DNA of 64,000 bases from Chrysomallon squamiferum (GCA_012295275.1 CM022676.1:9858001-9922000); one strand, 5' to 3'; positions 1 to 15,686 are shown, counted from the first letter of the stretch. Program-made: numbers and translations. Notes: generated by a model not told the origin, from the letters alone.

Positions 1-381
1 TGACTTTAGAATTTAGATAATTTGGTTGTGTAAGCACCTTTAGAACTTTGATGATTATGCTGTATGAGGAACATCATAATTTTTATAATTTTTTTATTGT
101 GAATGAAATTAGAATGCATAACTGAAGATAAATTTAGAATTATGTTGATTTTATTGCATTAGTGATTTTAGGTTTCTGTTTATGTTATTCTATGTGTTAT
201 TTTAGAGTTCGGTTCATTTTCTAATACAATGACTGTAGAATTCTCATTTTGTTCAGTAAGATTTGAATTTCTTTTATTATTTATCTGTTTTGTTATTTAG
301 TTGATTTTAAAGCTGACTTAAAGATTGTGCACAATTTCCTAAATATTGATATATATAAATATAATTTGTTTTCTTTTTCAG

Positions 382-417
382 TTCTTTGATTATAATTCAA
401 AAGGTTCAAAGAAAAAG
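382..417 (+). CDS. Candidate 36-nt micro-exon of the coiled-coil gene (FFDYNSKGSKKK)
   Basis: ttttctttttcag| acceptor and aag|gtaaaa donor; phase 0-0 and open, compatible with the next exon at 1112. Confidence 0.45.
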
Positions 418-1111
418 GTAAAATAGTTAGTGATAAATATGCTTATATATATACACAGACACACATTTACACACATATATGTACAGGTATATACATATTC
501 ATGTGTACAGGGTTGTTTTGATGGCTGAACTGTAATGTTGTGTGCCTTGGTGAATGGGTGTCATATGTTTGAGTCTTGTCACTGGCATCTGACAGGTTTG
601 TGAGGCTGTGATTGGACTTTGTCCTCCTGTGTCAGTGTGTTATTGAATGTTGTCTACGTGCAGTGTCTAATCAGATGTACATGAGACAGAGAATATTCAG
701 AATCCTAAACTACATACATACATACATATAAGTACATATACAGACACACAAAAACGTATATGCACATATACATATACACTCATATGCACAGATACACACA
801 CATATATTTACTGAGTTATATATAAATGGCCTAATTTTTCATTTTTTTTTTTTTGTGTGTAAATCTAGTAATAATAGTAATTAAAAAATGTATTTTTTGA
901 AAAAAGGTCAGTGATGATAACACGAATGTTTTGAGCAGCAGGCTAAATTTTTTTTTTTTTCATTTAAATTTATTAATAATAATAAAAAAAAAAAAATTTG
1001 AAAAAAGGTCAGTGATGATAACATGAATGTTTTGAGGAACAGGTTAGATTTTTTTTTTTTTTTTTAAATTTAGTAATAACAATAATTTAAAAATGTGTTT
1101 TTTGAAAAAAG

Positions 1112-1657
1112 GTCGGTGATGATAACGCGAACGCTTTGAGGAGCAGGCTCGATTTTTCTACCACTGGCACTTTCATCGATGCTTTAAAGAGACGCCAGTC
1201 CTTGTTGCTGGAACATCTGGACCAGGAGATGTCAAGCTCAGAGTTACTCAGAGTGAGTCTCTTTATGATGACAGACAGATTGTAATTAGATTTAAAATGT
1301 TAATGGAGATTTTAGATCACAATGTACCAATTTCAGAGAGAGTCACGATGTTAAGAAACTTAGGGATGGGCTGTAATAAGAAAAACAATGGTAAAATGGT
1401 ATTTATGTCAAAATGTGTCAAATTCAGACTTAGAGTATTCATTATGACAAAGACAGATTGACAGATAGAGTGTAATAGATTAAAAAAAATGTTGATGGGG
1501 GAGTTTAGATGAAGATACAGAATCATTTACAATAATTGTTATGATTACATAGACAGACAGATAGGTTACAATTAGATAATATGCTAGTTATGTATTTATG
1601 TATTTATTTATTTATTATTTTTATTTTTATTTATTTATTTATTTTTTATTTATTTTT

Positions 1658-1702
<45 letters not shown>

Positions 1703-2657
1703 TTTATTATTTTTGTTTATTTATTTAATTTTATTAATATATTTATTTTTATTTATTTATTTATTTTTTTATTTTTTTATTTTTCTGTATGTTATTTTTT
1801 GGTTTGTAACCATTATCTTTTTGTCTGTTTACAAAGATTAAATTTCCTCCTCTCATTCAATTATTCATTATTCATTCATATTCATTCTTACTCTCGTATT
1901 TTCTTTATTCATTTTCTTTCATTTTTATCTGACTTTCTTCTTTCTTTCTCAATACATGTAATTTAAAATTAAGACAAGAACAGAACATACAGAAAGAAAA
2001 TAGAAAGAAAAACATTATTTTTTTGTAATCTTTCTCATATACTTTCTTCATTCATTTCCTTTCATCTTCTTCTTACTTTCTTCTTTCTTTCACAAAATAC
2101 TTTATTTAAAACTCATATCAGAACAAAATTTCAGAAATAAAATTGAAAAAAAAAACGTATCACAAACAACATTATTTTTTTCGTAATCTTTCTCATATTC
2201 TTTCTTCGTTCGTTTCCTTTCACCTTCTTCTTACTTTCTTCTTTCTTTCACAAAATAAGCTATTTAAACTTCAGACAGAACTCAACAGACAAGAACAGAA
2301 AGTACAGAAACTGAACTTGGAGAGGAAAACAAGTCAAAAAGAGGTTGAATCCTTACGAACACAGATGTCTCAGCTGAAAAAAGAAAGACAGTCCTTACAT
2401 CAAGGTAAGAAACACACACCTTTACAGGTGAGAGAATGTGCCACCTGCTCAGGTATACATTATTTAAATATAGTCACTGTTAAATAGTTAAGAGGTAGGT
2501 AATGAATGAATATGATTTGAGGTGCAGAACTAGTAGTGGGGGGGGTGTTTATCCGTTTATGGTAGGCAATTTGTTTATTGTTTATTTATGAATGTGGGTT
2601 TGTTTACAAATGGAAACAGTGTTTTTATGTGTTTCTGTATCTAGGTTTGAATGTACA

Positions 2658-2698
<41 letters not shown>

Positions 2699-3653
2699 TG
2701 TGTGTGTGTGTGACTATATTCATGTGCATGAATATATATGTGATTGTTAAGTATGTGTTTGCGTGTGTGCATGAGTGAGTGGGTGGGTGGGTAGTGTGTG
2801 TATGTATGTATGTATGTATGAATGTATTCCTGTGAGTGTATGTTATTTATAATATCTATCTATGTATGTATCAACACACCTTTGCATATATGTTTGTATT
2901 TATATATGTATGTGATGATTTCAGACATCATATTCTTGTTACTGTTTTGTTTATTTTCGACTGTAAGTACATGAATGCTTTCAGAGTTTGAGTTTCTCAA
3001 GGCAAAGCTTGAAGAAAAGGAAGAAGAGATTGAGAATGTGAAGAAAAGTTATGAGATGAAGATGAAGAAAGTTTTGTGTCTTCAGAGTAGATCTGACTTA
3101 GACAACAAGGCATTGCAAGAAAACCTTCGTCTTCTGAGGTTTGTCACAAGTTTGAGATATTTTACTAAATAAATAAATAAACAAGTAATAAGTAAGTATT
3201 TAAGTAAGTAAGTAAGTCTAGGTCAGACTTAGACAACACAGCACTGCAAGAAAATCTTCTTCTTCTTAGGTTTGTCACAAGTTTGAGATATTTTACTAAG
3301 TAAATAAATAAATAAGTAAGTAAGTCAATAAATAAATAAGTAAGTAAGTCAATAAATAAATAATGAGGTAAGGAGATAAGGAAATAGATAAATAAGCAAA
3401 TAAAACATATGTCTAAATAAGTAAGTAAGTAAATAAATAAATATGTAAACAAATAAATAAATAATTAAGTAAGGAAATAAGGAAATAGATAAATAAGCAA
3501 GTAAAACATGTCTAAATAACTAGCTAACTAGCTAAATAAATAAGTATGTAATTAAATAAATAAATATATAAATAAGTAATTCAGTAAGTAAATAAGGAAA
3601 TAGGTAAATAATTAAGTAAAACATATGTCTAAATAACTAGCTAACTAAATAAC

Positions 3654-3688
<35 letters not shown>

Positions 3689-4548
3689 GTAAGTAAATAA
3701 GGAAACAGACAAATAAGCAAGTAAAACTTGTCTAAATACTAACTAACTAAATAAGTAAGGTCTGATCTAGACAACAGGGACCTGCATGAAAACCTTTGTC
3801 TTCTTAGGTTTGTCACAAATTTGAGAAATAAATAAATAAAAAAAAAAGTGAGTAAATAAATAAATAAGTAAGTATGTAAATAAATAAATAAATAAATAAA
3901 TAAGTAATTAAGTAAGGAAATAAGGAAATAGGTAAACAAGTTTTTCACAGATTTGAAATACGTTACTAAATAAATCAGTTAGTCAATAAATAAATAATGT
4001 GCAATAACTAAGTAAGTAAATTCTAATAATATAAATTAATGTATTCATACATAAATATGTACAGACACATACACACACACATGTATACACAAACAGCTGT
4101 AAGCAGGTCATATACTAGAATTAACAGCAGAAGTAGTAGTACTAACAGTAGTAGTAATAGTAGGAGTGGTAGTAGTAGCAGTAATAGTAATAGGAGTAGC
4201 AGTTGTAGTAGTAATAGGAGGAACAGTAACAAAATGGATGTTAGTAGTTGTAACAGTGGCATGAAAGCAGTCATAGTATTAGTTTTAGTTTTAGTATTAG
4301 AATTAGTAGTAGTAGTAGCCATACTAAGTAGTAGTAGTTAGTGGCAGTTGTAATAGCAGTAGTATGGAGAATAATTTTTCCTAATGAATACTTGTGACTG
4401 TTTCAGGGAGGAGATGAGTGAATTAAAAGATGAGATCAGTGTCAAAGAACTGCAGCTGAGTAACTCAGAAAATTGCATCACTGAGCTCCAGTCTTCACTC
4501 AAAACCTTCCAGTGCTGTCCCACCTACCCGTATTACTACAAGACGTAA
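1112..4548 (+). CDS. 3' part of a multi-exon coiled-coil protein gene (5' end outside the window). Exons 1112-1252, 2275-2404, 2985-3138, 4407-4548 (stop)
   Basis: Canonical AG/GT ends with matching phases (0,1,2) join into one frame: VGDDNANALRSRLDF...SSELLR|TELNRQEQKVQKL...SLHQ|EFEFLKAKLEEKEEEIENVKK...ENLRLL|REEMSELKDEISVKELQLSNSENCITELQSSLKTFQCCPTYPYYYKT*. The sequence is E/K/Q/L-rich with heptad-like character. Confidence 0.8.
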
Positions 4549-4772
4549 CCACGGTTACCGTGCCAAAAGTGTCTTTCTGTTGGTCGTGTATTCACGTCAG
4601 TTGAAATGTCCTCCGTCTTCTGTTGTCAGGAATGTTAATTATCGTTTCAGTATTTTGTTTTTTATTCTGATTTGTTCTAGTGTGATGATGATGATGTGAT
4701 GATGATTACTTTTCATGGGGTTATTATTTTTGTTGTCTTTAATTTCTTCTTCTTCATTTATTATTATTATTA

Positions 4773-4812
<40 letters not shown>

Positions 4813-5609
4813 AATTTACAAAAGAAAATTTGGCATTATTGGTTTTATCTTCTAGTACAATTAATTATCAATATTTCTGTCTTCTTTTATTTTTTATTTT
4901 TTTATATAACAATGATTTAATAAGTAAATTCAGGCATAGTTATCCCAATATATATTATTCCTTTAAATTTATTTATAGATGTATGCATGTATACAATCTA
5001 TTACAGAATGAAACCTTTGCAAGTATGTGTATTTTTATGTGCATGTATGCATATACATTTTAATCTATGTACCTATCTATCTGTCTGTCTATCTGTATTT
5101 AAAAATTAGACAAATTTTTGAAAATGGTAATAATACTATTAGAAAAGAGAAGTATGTTGTTTTTTTTTTTTTAATAAAAGATGGAACCATAACAAAACAA
5201 TGAAATTAATTTTATTGATTAAAAAAAAAAAATGTGATGTATCAAAAAATGTATCTTGTTATTTTCATATACCAACATTTAAAATAACATTTACTCGTAT
5301 TTTTTTATTCTCTTACATGTACACTTTATTAATATATTTATATATTAAAAAGAAAAAAAAAAGAAATTTTCTAAACTTTTATTTTATCATGGTTTTACTA
5401 TATTATACATCTACCATCCAGGCATTTTTCTTATATAATTTTTACATATTTGATATTACATCATAAATTTTGTCCATTAAAAAATGTTCACTATAAATGT
5501 CTGTTGTTGTTATTTTTCTTTTTCTGCAGATGTTATTAGAATGCTTGACAAATATTAAGATCTCTAGTTTATTATAGAAGTGTTATAATATTTCCAAAAA
5601 TCCATTTAG

Positions 5610-5649
<40 letters not shown>

Positions 5650-6197
5650 TCTATAGATATATAGGTGTGTGTGTGTATGTGTGTTATATTTGCAGTTTAA
5701 GTGTTCCTACAAAAAGTATTACAATGCTTGACAAATAATGGTATCAACTTCATATTATTAGTTAATATTACATCTTAACTGTATTTACATCATAGTTAAA
5801 TATGATATCACAGTTAACTATTACATCATCGTTAAATGACATCATCGTTAAATGAATCAGAGTTAACTATTACATCATAGTTAACTTATTACATCAGTTA
5901 ACTGTATTACATCATAACGATATTACATCTGATTTTGTTGCTGCTTTAAGAATGTATACACAAAAGTCAGTCACAAATAAACTGAAAACCAACACAAGAC
6001 AGAATCGTTGTCTTTGCTCAAAGAACTAATAATTATTTAAAAACACAAGCAAACAAAAATATTTTGGATATAAATAGATTCATGAAGGTGGCAATGAGTA
6101 TTATGAATTTTACAGGTAAATTATTTTCATCATTTAAGTCAGTGTATCTTAAGCACCTGTTGCATGACAACATTTAAAAATGGAGTGATAACTTGTG

Positions 6198-6261
<64 letters not shown>

Positions 6262-6729
6262 CCTATATAAATATAACTTAATTCAGTGACTGTTCCCAAC
6301 AGTTACTGAATATCCAATAACAAATTATTTTCTGTTTAAATTATCCAATAGAGTTTTAGGTTCTATTAAAGAGGTCTAAACCTGTTCAGAAAATGTTTCA
6401 CCGTATTTCTCTACCATTTTTGTTCAGATTACGAACACACGCACACACACACACACACACACACAAACAGACATATATATATATTATAGGTGTACATACA
6501 TACATAGGTAAAAACGGGAAAAGAAAAAGCCATTTAAGAAAATATACACACATCTGCCTAAGATCATTTTATCTTAACAAATCTGTTAATTTTATTTTCT
6601 CACTACATTACTATGAGCCAGCGTTCTTCTGCCGGTGTTGAGCCAAATTTTTCCTCGTTTTAAAAAATAATTTAACAAAAACAACAACAAAACAAACAAT
6701 AATATATATATATATATATAAAACTGAAA

Positions 6730-6775
<46 letters not shown>

Positions 6776-6835
6776 TAATTACAACAACAATAATAAAAAT
6801 CTTTCTGAAAATAAAGGTGAGAAAAGAAAAGAAAA

Positions 6836-6869
<34 letters not shown>

Positions 6870-7300
6870 GAAAAAAGAAGAAGAAAAAAAAAGAACTACA
6901 GCAACAGAAATCTGACACGAAAATAAAAAACCATATAAAAATAAATAAAATTCAGTGTTTCATATCAACTGGTTTTTCCGACAAGCTACGATCAGAGTAG
7001 ACATTTTTATATTTGCATTAACAGCGTAACAACAATAAGCAGTAAAATATTTAGTAAAACTTTTGATATACACATAAAAAACGCATTACAATAACAATAA
7101 ATAAATAAATCTGATTTATTTATTTCTTTTTGTTAATATTGTTTTACTTTTGACTGTCATATTAAAAAACGCATTATAATAACAATAAATAAATAAATCT
7201 CATTTATTTATTTCTTTATTATTATTATTGTTGATGTTGTTGCTCTTATTTTATAAACTAGGGTTATTTATTTATTTATTTATTTCTTCTTCTTCTTCTT

Positions 7301-7331
<31 letters not shown>

Positions 7332-7369
7332 TTATTATTATTATTATAAAAGAAACATTTGGCGAATTT

Positions 7370-7570
7370 GAAAAACACTGTACGATATCGTGTACTCAAC
7401 AAACTGAATAATCGCGGTTATCTCCCTCGGCGCCACGTGGAAGGGCGGAATCGAGTTCGCAGACGACGGAAAATGTTTCGTTAATTTGAAAGCGAAATTT
7501 TGGTCAGGAAAACGTTAATTTAATTCATTTTAGGAATAAAGTTACGTGAAATATCTAAATGGGGGGCGGT
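7370..7570. promoter_or_regulatory. Short CpG-rich, promoter-like patch
   Basis: Local CpG excess in AT-rich DNA, with CACGTG (E-box), GGGCGG boxes and GGTTATCTCCCTC; no gene could be assigned to it. Confidence 0.3.
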
Positions 7571-8040
7571 AATTATGAATAACTTTTTTTATTTATTTAT
7601 TTATTTATTTATTTATTTTCAGTTTCAATGATGTTTGTTTAGTGGAGTCCTATTTAGATTCAATTTGCCAGTCGTGGTGTAAAATTTACAAAAGATGAGG
7701 GATAACTTCAAAAAAAAATAATAATAATAATATATATATATATATAATTTTATCATTCCAAATTTACCTTTGGTTTTATACTTCTGTTGTTGTTCTTCTT
7801 CTTCTTACTTTCTTATTATTAAAGCGGGTTATATCTATTTACTTAATCCTATTTGTGTTCAGAAAAAATAATAATAATCTGGCACTGCACACGACAGTAC
7901 GAATACGCACAAAAAATGCATGCACGCACGTTTGGACAAATATACGCGCGCGCACACACACGTACACACGTTTGTTTATTGATTGGTATTTACACATACA
8001 GACAAACCTGTCTACCTACGTATATAACATGCATAATAAA

Positions 8041-8490
8041 TTATCTATATCTATATCTGTCTATATATCTATCTGTCTATATATCTATCTGTCTATATAT
8101 CTATCTCTCTATATATCTATCTGTCTATATATCTATCTCTCTATATATCTATCTGTCTATATATCTATCTGTCTATATATCTATCTGTCTATATCTATAT
8201 CTGTCTATATATCTATGTCTATATATCTATATCTCTATATATCTATCTCTCTATATATCTATCTGTCTATATATCTATCTCTCTATATATCTATCTCTCT
8301 ATATATCTATCTGTCTATATATCTATCTCTATATATCTATATATATCTATCTGTCTATATATCTATCTGTCTATATATCTATCTGTCTATATATCTATCT
8401 GTCTATATATCTATCTGTCTATATATCTATCTGTCTATATATCTATCTGTCTATATATCTATATCTGTCTATATATCTGTCTCTATATAT
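8041..8490. repeat. Compound microsatellite/minisatellite, ~16-bp unit (ctatatatctatctgt)
   Basis: Direct tandem periodicity; explains the spurious ORFs at 7853 and 7855. Confidence 0.9.
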
Positions 8491-9998
8491 AAAAAAACTA
8501 ATTAAATGTTTTTTCTCCCCTCACCACTCTTGAGAGTAATAATCTGATGCGAACTGATTTCGTTGTCACCAATAAAAAAAAAACTTTACATCATAACAAA
8601 ACAACAAATATTACTTTTTAAAATAAAAACTATACATCAAAACAAAATAGTTCTCAAATAAGAAATATTTATTTTTTAATATCAAAACGGTATGTATGTG
8701 TGTGTGTGTGTTTGTGTGTGTGTTGTATATGTATGACAATTTATTACTTACGTTCTCTATGTGCGTGTGCGTGTGTGTGTATATATTTTATGATGTAAAC
8801 AATTTACAAAAAAGTATACAGTTTGAAAAATCAGTGTATTTTGATTATAAACCCACAGACATCCACCAACAGCTGATTATAAATAATTTCTTCCACATCA
8901 TACATTTAAAGATATCGTTAAATTTCAAGTCATTAGGTTCCACAGAAATTCGAGTTAAAAAGAAACTTTTAATGAAGCCTGTTCAGTCTTATTTTGTACT
9001 CTGATATCGAGAGATTATTCAAAACGAGTTTTAAGGAAAATTAAATCTGAAACCGTCAGAGAATTAGAAAAACCCTTATATCCAACAGACACATTTAAGT
9101 AATATAAAATCCAACATAATATTCCACCTCACTTGGGTACCGGATGTACACCGATCTGCAAAAAACCAGATGCAGGCTTCACAATATAACAAAATATCAA
9201 TCTATGTTCAGTTAGCGAACAAACAAAAAAGTGAACTAACCTAGACTACGATTCCAAAAATGTTGTGATTTTGATAACATGCAACTTGTGTGAAAAAAAC
9301 ACGAAAACAGTACGTTGCCAAACACAAAATATGTTACAAGTTGGAACTGCCTGTCAAAAATTCGGTATTAAGCATGAAGTTGACATTCCTGTGGCCTAAC
9401 TTTTTGATCTGCCTGACCATATACTGGAGGATCGTTTTGAAATAATCCCAATCGAGCAAAAACTCGGTTCAAAGAACTGAAACTGACCTTTTCAGAATCG
9501 AGCGAGAACTGTTTTGGATCCGCTACAAAAAACCGTTTAAAATAAATGTTGAATAGGGCAAATATAAACAGACGGATAAAAATAATTTTTGAAACAGTTT
9601 TATTTTAAAATCATTTTAAGTGTAATTTGTATGAAATGTTACAATATTATATAGAATTTTTTTTTAAGAAAGGATACTTCTTAAATAGCTTCAAATAGAT
9701 TTAGAAATGCACTGTTCTTCTAGAAATGTATTTTTTACACATCTCTAAGAACCTTTGTATATAGTTTTAAAAAGTTTTATGTATGTAAATAAATATTTTA
9801 AAAATATGATAGCAAAATTGTAAATATACACACAAAGGACTAAAGCACATTGTAAGAAACATTACAATGGTCAACTTTAAATCAACTCGAATCCCTGGAG
9901 ATAAATTATTAATTTGTTTAATAATGTAAAATAAATTCCTGAACCAGCGCTTTTTAATTTATTAAATACATACATACATACATACATACATACATACA

Positions 9999-10074
<76 letters not shown>

Positions 10075-10547
10075 TATACACACACATATACATATATATA
10101 CATATATATACATACATATATATAAACATATATACATATACATATATACATACATATACATACATACATATATATAAACATATATACATACATACATATA
10201 CAAATATATATGCATACATACATATATATAAACATATATACATACATACATATATATATACACACACACATACGTACGTACATACATACATGCATAGAAC
10301 GTCAACTTAGCGATGTGTTTGACAGGTTGTGTTTTGATCAGATGATAAATGACACATCAAAGTTCAGTTTGAACTTTTATTAATAACCTTTCTCTGTCGT
10401 TTTTTTTTTAACCGATTTATGTCAGCAGTGTTTCCGCACATCTTTCTCTGTATGTATGTTTGTATGTGTGTGTGTGTTTGTGTCTGTACGTATATATGTG
10501 TGTGTGTGTGTCTATGTGTGTATGTAAGTATGTGTGTCTATGAAATA

Positions 10548-10578
<31 letters not shown>

Positions 10579-10794
10579 ACAAACACATACATATGTGTGT
10601 ATGTTGATATATACGTATATACGTATATAAATAAAGAGAGAATCAGATAAAGACAGAGAAAGATATATATATATATAGATAGATAGATAGATAGATAGAT
10701 AAACGGAAAGAAAGAGATTCAGATAAACAGAATGAAAGAGAGTTTTAAACAGATACAGTGACAAATAAACAGAGACAAAAAGATAGATAAACAG

Positions 10795-10879
<85 letters not shown>

Positions 10880-11231
10880 CATACAGGGAGACAGATAAAG
10901 AAAGAGAGAGCAAAAGACGAAAGAAAACAATTAAAAAATAAAATAGTAATTAAAGATTTGTGATATAAACACAACAATAGTTTGATATGTGTCAGCAATA
11001 CGCTAAAATATGGAATTAATGAACAACCAGTATAATTATATACATCATGCAAAACAGAAATGAATAAATAAAGAAATAGGGAACTTTTATAAAAAGAAAG
11101 AAAACATTATTTGTTCCAGTCAGTCAGTGAGCATGAGACTGATTATAAAACATAAATTATCAACATTTTGAAAACCATCAACAACACGATCAGAACATGA
11201 AATATATTTTAGAACAAAAAATGACATCTAA

Positions 11232-11282
<51 letters not shown>

Positions 11283-12101
11283 ATTATTATTACTATTATT
11301 GTTACTCTTACTATAATTATTAGTATGCTTAGTACAAAACGTTTAGCACTATCTCTATGAATAATATTTTTCTCGTATACTTCGTACAAAAAGTTAAGAC
11401 TCACTGAAATCTGCATGTTTCGTTTTGAATAGAAAATTAAAAACAACTTTAACTTGTTGCAAGCAGTCATACATTAATCCGCAATGCACGTGCATTCTGT
11501 TAGGATTCCCCTAGGCTGCAGTGAAATAACAAGGTCCTACAAATTCAGATATCACCTATGGTTGGTCTTTTTTTCCCCACTTTCTGTAACTCGAACAAAA
11601 AATGTACATTTTAAGTTTAAACTGTCAAACTGGCAAAAACCTAAACAGTCCTCTAACGAGAGAAGCGGAGAATAATTTTTCCCCGAAAAAAAAAAATGGC
11701 GGATTTTTGCAAGATGGCTATGGTTTCTCGTTATTATTGTTAAAAAGAAAGCAAGAAAAAAAAATAAAAAATCCAAACTAATACTGTTAAGAATTGTCCA
11801 TTGTGTTCGGAAGACCTAAAAAAATACGACATCTGTTTGTGAAGAGAGAGATCTTCTAAAACTTGTAAGATCTGCCATTTTTTTTGTTGTAATTATTATT
11901 ATTATTACTCCTGAACTTAGGAACCGGTGAACTGCCAACAGACGACTCTCCATCTTGAAATGTTAGAAATCTTGTCGAGGCTGCTGAATTTCGTGCTTGT
12001 GGATCTCTTTAACGTCCTCACTTGACGACAAAAAACAAATCTGAGAATATCTGATGTGGTTTCGGAGAAGAGGTAGGCTGGAATTTGGATTCTTGGATCA
12101 G

Positions 12102-12412
12102 ATTGATCAGGTGAGTGTAAAATACTCTATTTATCAGGTGAGTGTAGGATGTTCTACTGATCAGGTGAGTGTAGGATGTTCTGTTGATCAGGTGAGTGTA
12201 GGATGTTCTGTTGATCAGGTGAGTGTAGGATGTTCTGTTGATCAGGTGAGTGTAGGATGTTCTATTGATCAGGTGAGTGTAGGATGTTCTGTTTATCAGG
12301 TGAGTGTAAGATGTTCTGTTGATCAGGTGAGTGTAGGATGTTCTGTTGATCAGGTGAGTGTAGGATGTTCTACTGATCAGGTGAGTGTAGGATGTTCTGT
12401 TGATCAGGTGAA
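12102..12412 (+). repeat. 27-bp tandem repeat x12, each unit containing a consensus 5' splice site CAG|GTGAGT (last copy GTGAAT)
   Basis: Unit gatcaggtgagtgtaggatgttctgtt; GT positions run from 12111 to 12408 at 27-bp spacing. Confidence 0.92.
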
Positions 12413-14249
12413 TGTCACATTACCACATCCCTATTGCTGTTGTTGTTGTTGTTGTTGTTGTTATAATAATAATGATGATGATTATGATAACTGTTATTAT
12501 TACTAATTTTATTATTGTTGTTTTTGTTGTTATTGTTATTGTTGTTGTATTTGTATATGTTAATCTGTGTATGTGTGAGTATATATATATATATACACAC
12601 ACAAACATGTACACAGATAATATTTATATCTATCAGTATCTATCTATCTATTTATATCTATATATATATATATATATATACATACAGACATACATACATA
12701 CATTCATGCATATATGCATATATACATTTACACACGCACACACACATATAATATGTATAATATATGTGTGCATATATATATATTTCCACACACATACCTG
12801 ACAATTTAATTTTATCTACATTACTAATCTACGTACGCAACGCAATAAAAAAGAAAAAAAAAAGAGTATGAAATAGGTTCATAGTCTTTCACTTTCTATA
12901 TGCATAAATGTAATTCAGTGAAGCTGTTTGTTACACTGACAGCTCCCATATGAAGCAGACATGCAATGAATAATACAGACACAAATTTCCATATTTTGTT
13001 TCGCGAAAGAGCTCATTCTGTTGTTGCAGTACTGCGTAGTTCTGAAGTCAAAGAACAGGTAAGATATTAGAAACGTTTTTTTTTTTATTATTTCATTATC
13101 TTTTTAAAATAATAATTATTATTGTTATATTATATTAATTAAATTTGTATTTGTTTTTGTTTTTGTTTTTTTAATGAAAAAGAAATATGAAGACAAAAGC
13201 AGTAATATATACGGTGATGATATTTTGTAGATTTATGTTTTATATATATATATATATATACATATATGTATATGTATATATATATATTCGAATTGGACAG
13301 GAATATATGTTATGGTGAATATAACATATGGTTATTGTGGTATTCTTTTGGAATAAATCACAATAAACCAGAATTGAGGATTATTATCTGGCTGTTTGAA
13401 TAAACGAAGAATGTCTGTTTTGGTTTTTTAATTAATTAATATTTATATCTATCAAAATAAGCTGCTTCTGATTTTTCACAGGTAAGAAACATATTCAGAA
13501 AACTGAAATATCATCGTACAGTTATGACATATGTGTTCTACAGCGATCTGTGATCTCAGTTTGAAATCTGTTTCCATATTTTATGTTTTAAAATGACTGA
13601 CAACGTTATAACGATAACTGAACATTCGCTGACATAAATGTATAATAATACAGCCGTGACGTCAGATGTTTTGCAGAAGTATTTTTCTTCCTTTCTATTT
13701 TTTGTTTTGATTTTATTGTAAAAAAAAAAATTAATTATTATTTAATTAATTTATTAATTATTTCATGTGTTTATATATTTTTGTTTGTTAGTTTATTATT
13801 AAATATATATATATATATTGTCATTATTTTTATTATTATCATCATCATCGTCGTCGTCGTTATCGTCTTTATCATCATCATCATCATCATCATCAAACGA
13901 CAAGTATCAGCAATTTTTATTTGTAATTTTGTTAAAAGACACGGAAAAATGAGTTTTATTTTCTTTTGTTTTCATGTGTGTGTATTTCTGCGTGCGCGTA
14001 TGTGTATGTGTGTGTGTGTGTATGTGTGTATATATATATATGAATTTATATACGTGAGTCTGTTTACGTATGTGTTTGTTGTTATGCACGTGTGTGTCTA
14101 TATGTATGTATGTGTATATGGATGGATGTATGGATGCATTCATTACGGATTCATATATGAATGTATGTATGTATATAATGTATGTGGGTGAGTGTGTATG
14201 GATGGATGAATTGTGGATGTAAGTATGATGGGCGCAAGTATGTATGTAT

Positions 14250-14326
<77 letters not shown>

Positions 14327-14553
14327 AGTGTGTGTTTATTTATGTGTGTTAATGGATGTGTCTGTATATATATATGTAACTATATATGTGTGTCTTTTTG
14401 TCGTTGAGTATACAATTAAATGTCTTCTGTTTATATTTTTATTTAGTTTGTTTTCACAATTTTCTTCCAAACAGAAGGAAATATTTTTAAACTTATTTTA
14501 ATATTTTAAACAGACATAGACATGAACTATAAAAATACTGATATTATTTACGA

Positions 14554-14586
<33 letters not shown>

Positions 14587-14589
14587 TAA

Positions 14590-14644
<55 letters not shown>

Positions 14645-14741
14645 AATGTATATCTGAAAGCAGTGAATAATTCTGAAAAAAAAAGAAAAAAAAAAATCTT
14701 GTAATGATGAAGATATCGAGATCCTGGACAGTTTCACCGAC

Positions 14742-14774
<33 letters not shown>

Positions 14775-15352
14775 CAATTACAAAAATTTAAAAATTTGCC
14801 ATGCAGGTAACAACCATTGCTTCAAAGCTGGTATTAAATGATCTGACGGTGGATAAAAAAAAAAAAAAAATCGTTTCTAACTGGCAGTCGACACTGAGCA
14901 CGGTTCTGAGAATTTCATTGGTCTTTATACCCATCCCAGCCAAGATGGCGGACTGAACACATCCTCTCGACGGATCTTTTAAAAAACCGATATTTTTTGT
15001 TATGAGACAATGAGGTCGTGATTATCATCCGATAATTCAGGGCAACACAGCTTTCGTTGTCAAAATTATCGTTTCGGATGAAGTCACCAAAATAAGAGAC
15101 TGTATTATTTATTTATTATTTTTAAAAATGTATTTCATTGGTCGTTATTTTATAATGAATTTACCCATCATGGGTTGCTGTTTGTATGATGGCTAATTCT
15201 CTGAAAAAAAAAATCTTCATTCAGTTTCATTGTTTCCTAATATTTGAACTTGTAGTTTGGAAAATTGTTTTGACTGTTTATCATTGTTTAAACTGATTGC
15301 GGATTGCACAGGATTGTTAATTAATTTCGACACTCTTCAATGTATCACAAAA

Positions 15353-15385
<33 letters not shown>

Positions 15386-15586
15386 GGTTTAGTTGTGTAC
15401 CAGATTCTTAACTTCGACCATGAAGTAGGCCTGGTGTCGACACCGTTTTTGTCACATTCATTTTATATCCTCATTTATCAAAGTTGTGATCTGAACATCA
15501 GTGTTGAAGTATGAGTTTGTATTTTTGTTGTTTTTTTTCAAATTATTTTTCGTTTTCCAGTTTACGACTGCTGCCTTTTGAAGACG

Positions 15587-15686
15587 ATGAAGTTATTTAC
15601 GGTTATTCTGCACTTTGCCCTCTTTTCGTCTGCTTATTTGCAATCAGAAATAAGTAAACGAACACCAGAAAAATGTGACAATAAAG
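15587..15686 (+). CDS. Exon 1: signal peptide plus first Cys (MKLFTVILHFALFSSAYLQSEISKRTPEKCDNK|G)
   Basis: Acceptor ttttccag| at 15560, ATG at 15587, MK plus hydrophobic core plus SSA cleavage-like motif, donor aag|gtagat, phase 1. Confidence 0.85.

Noticed and set aside
206-255. Possible additional exon (EFGSFSNTMTVEFSFCS) of the coiled-coil gene
   Set aside because: AG/GT ends and phase are compatible, but there is no independent support and the upstream partner lies outside the window.
12054-12506. 150-aa ORF with DQVSVGCSV repeats
   Set aside because: It is a read-through of a 27-bp tandem repeat and microsatellites; the repeat is better explained as duplicated splice donors.
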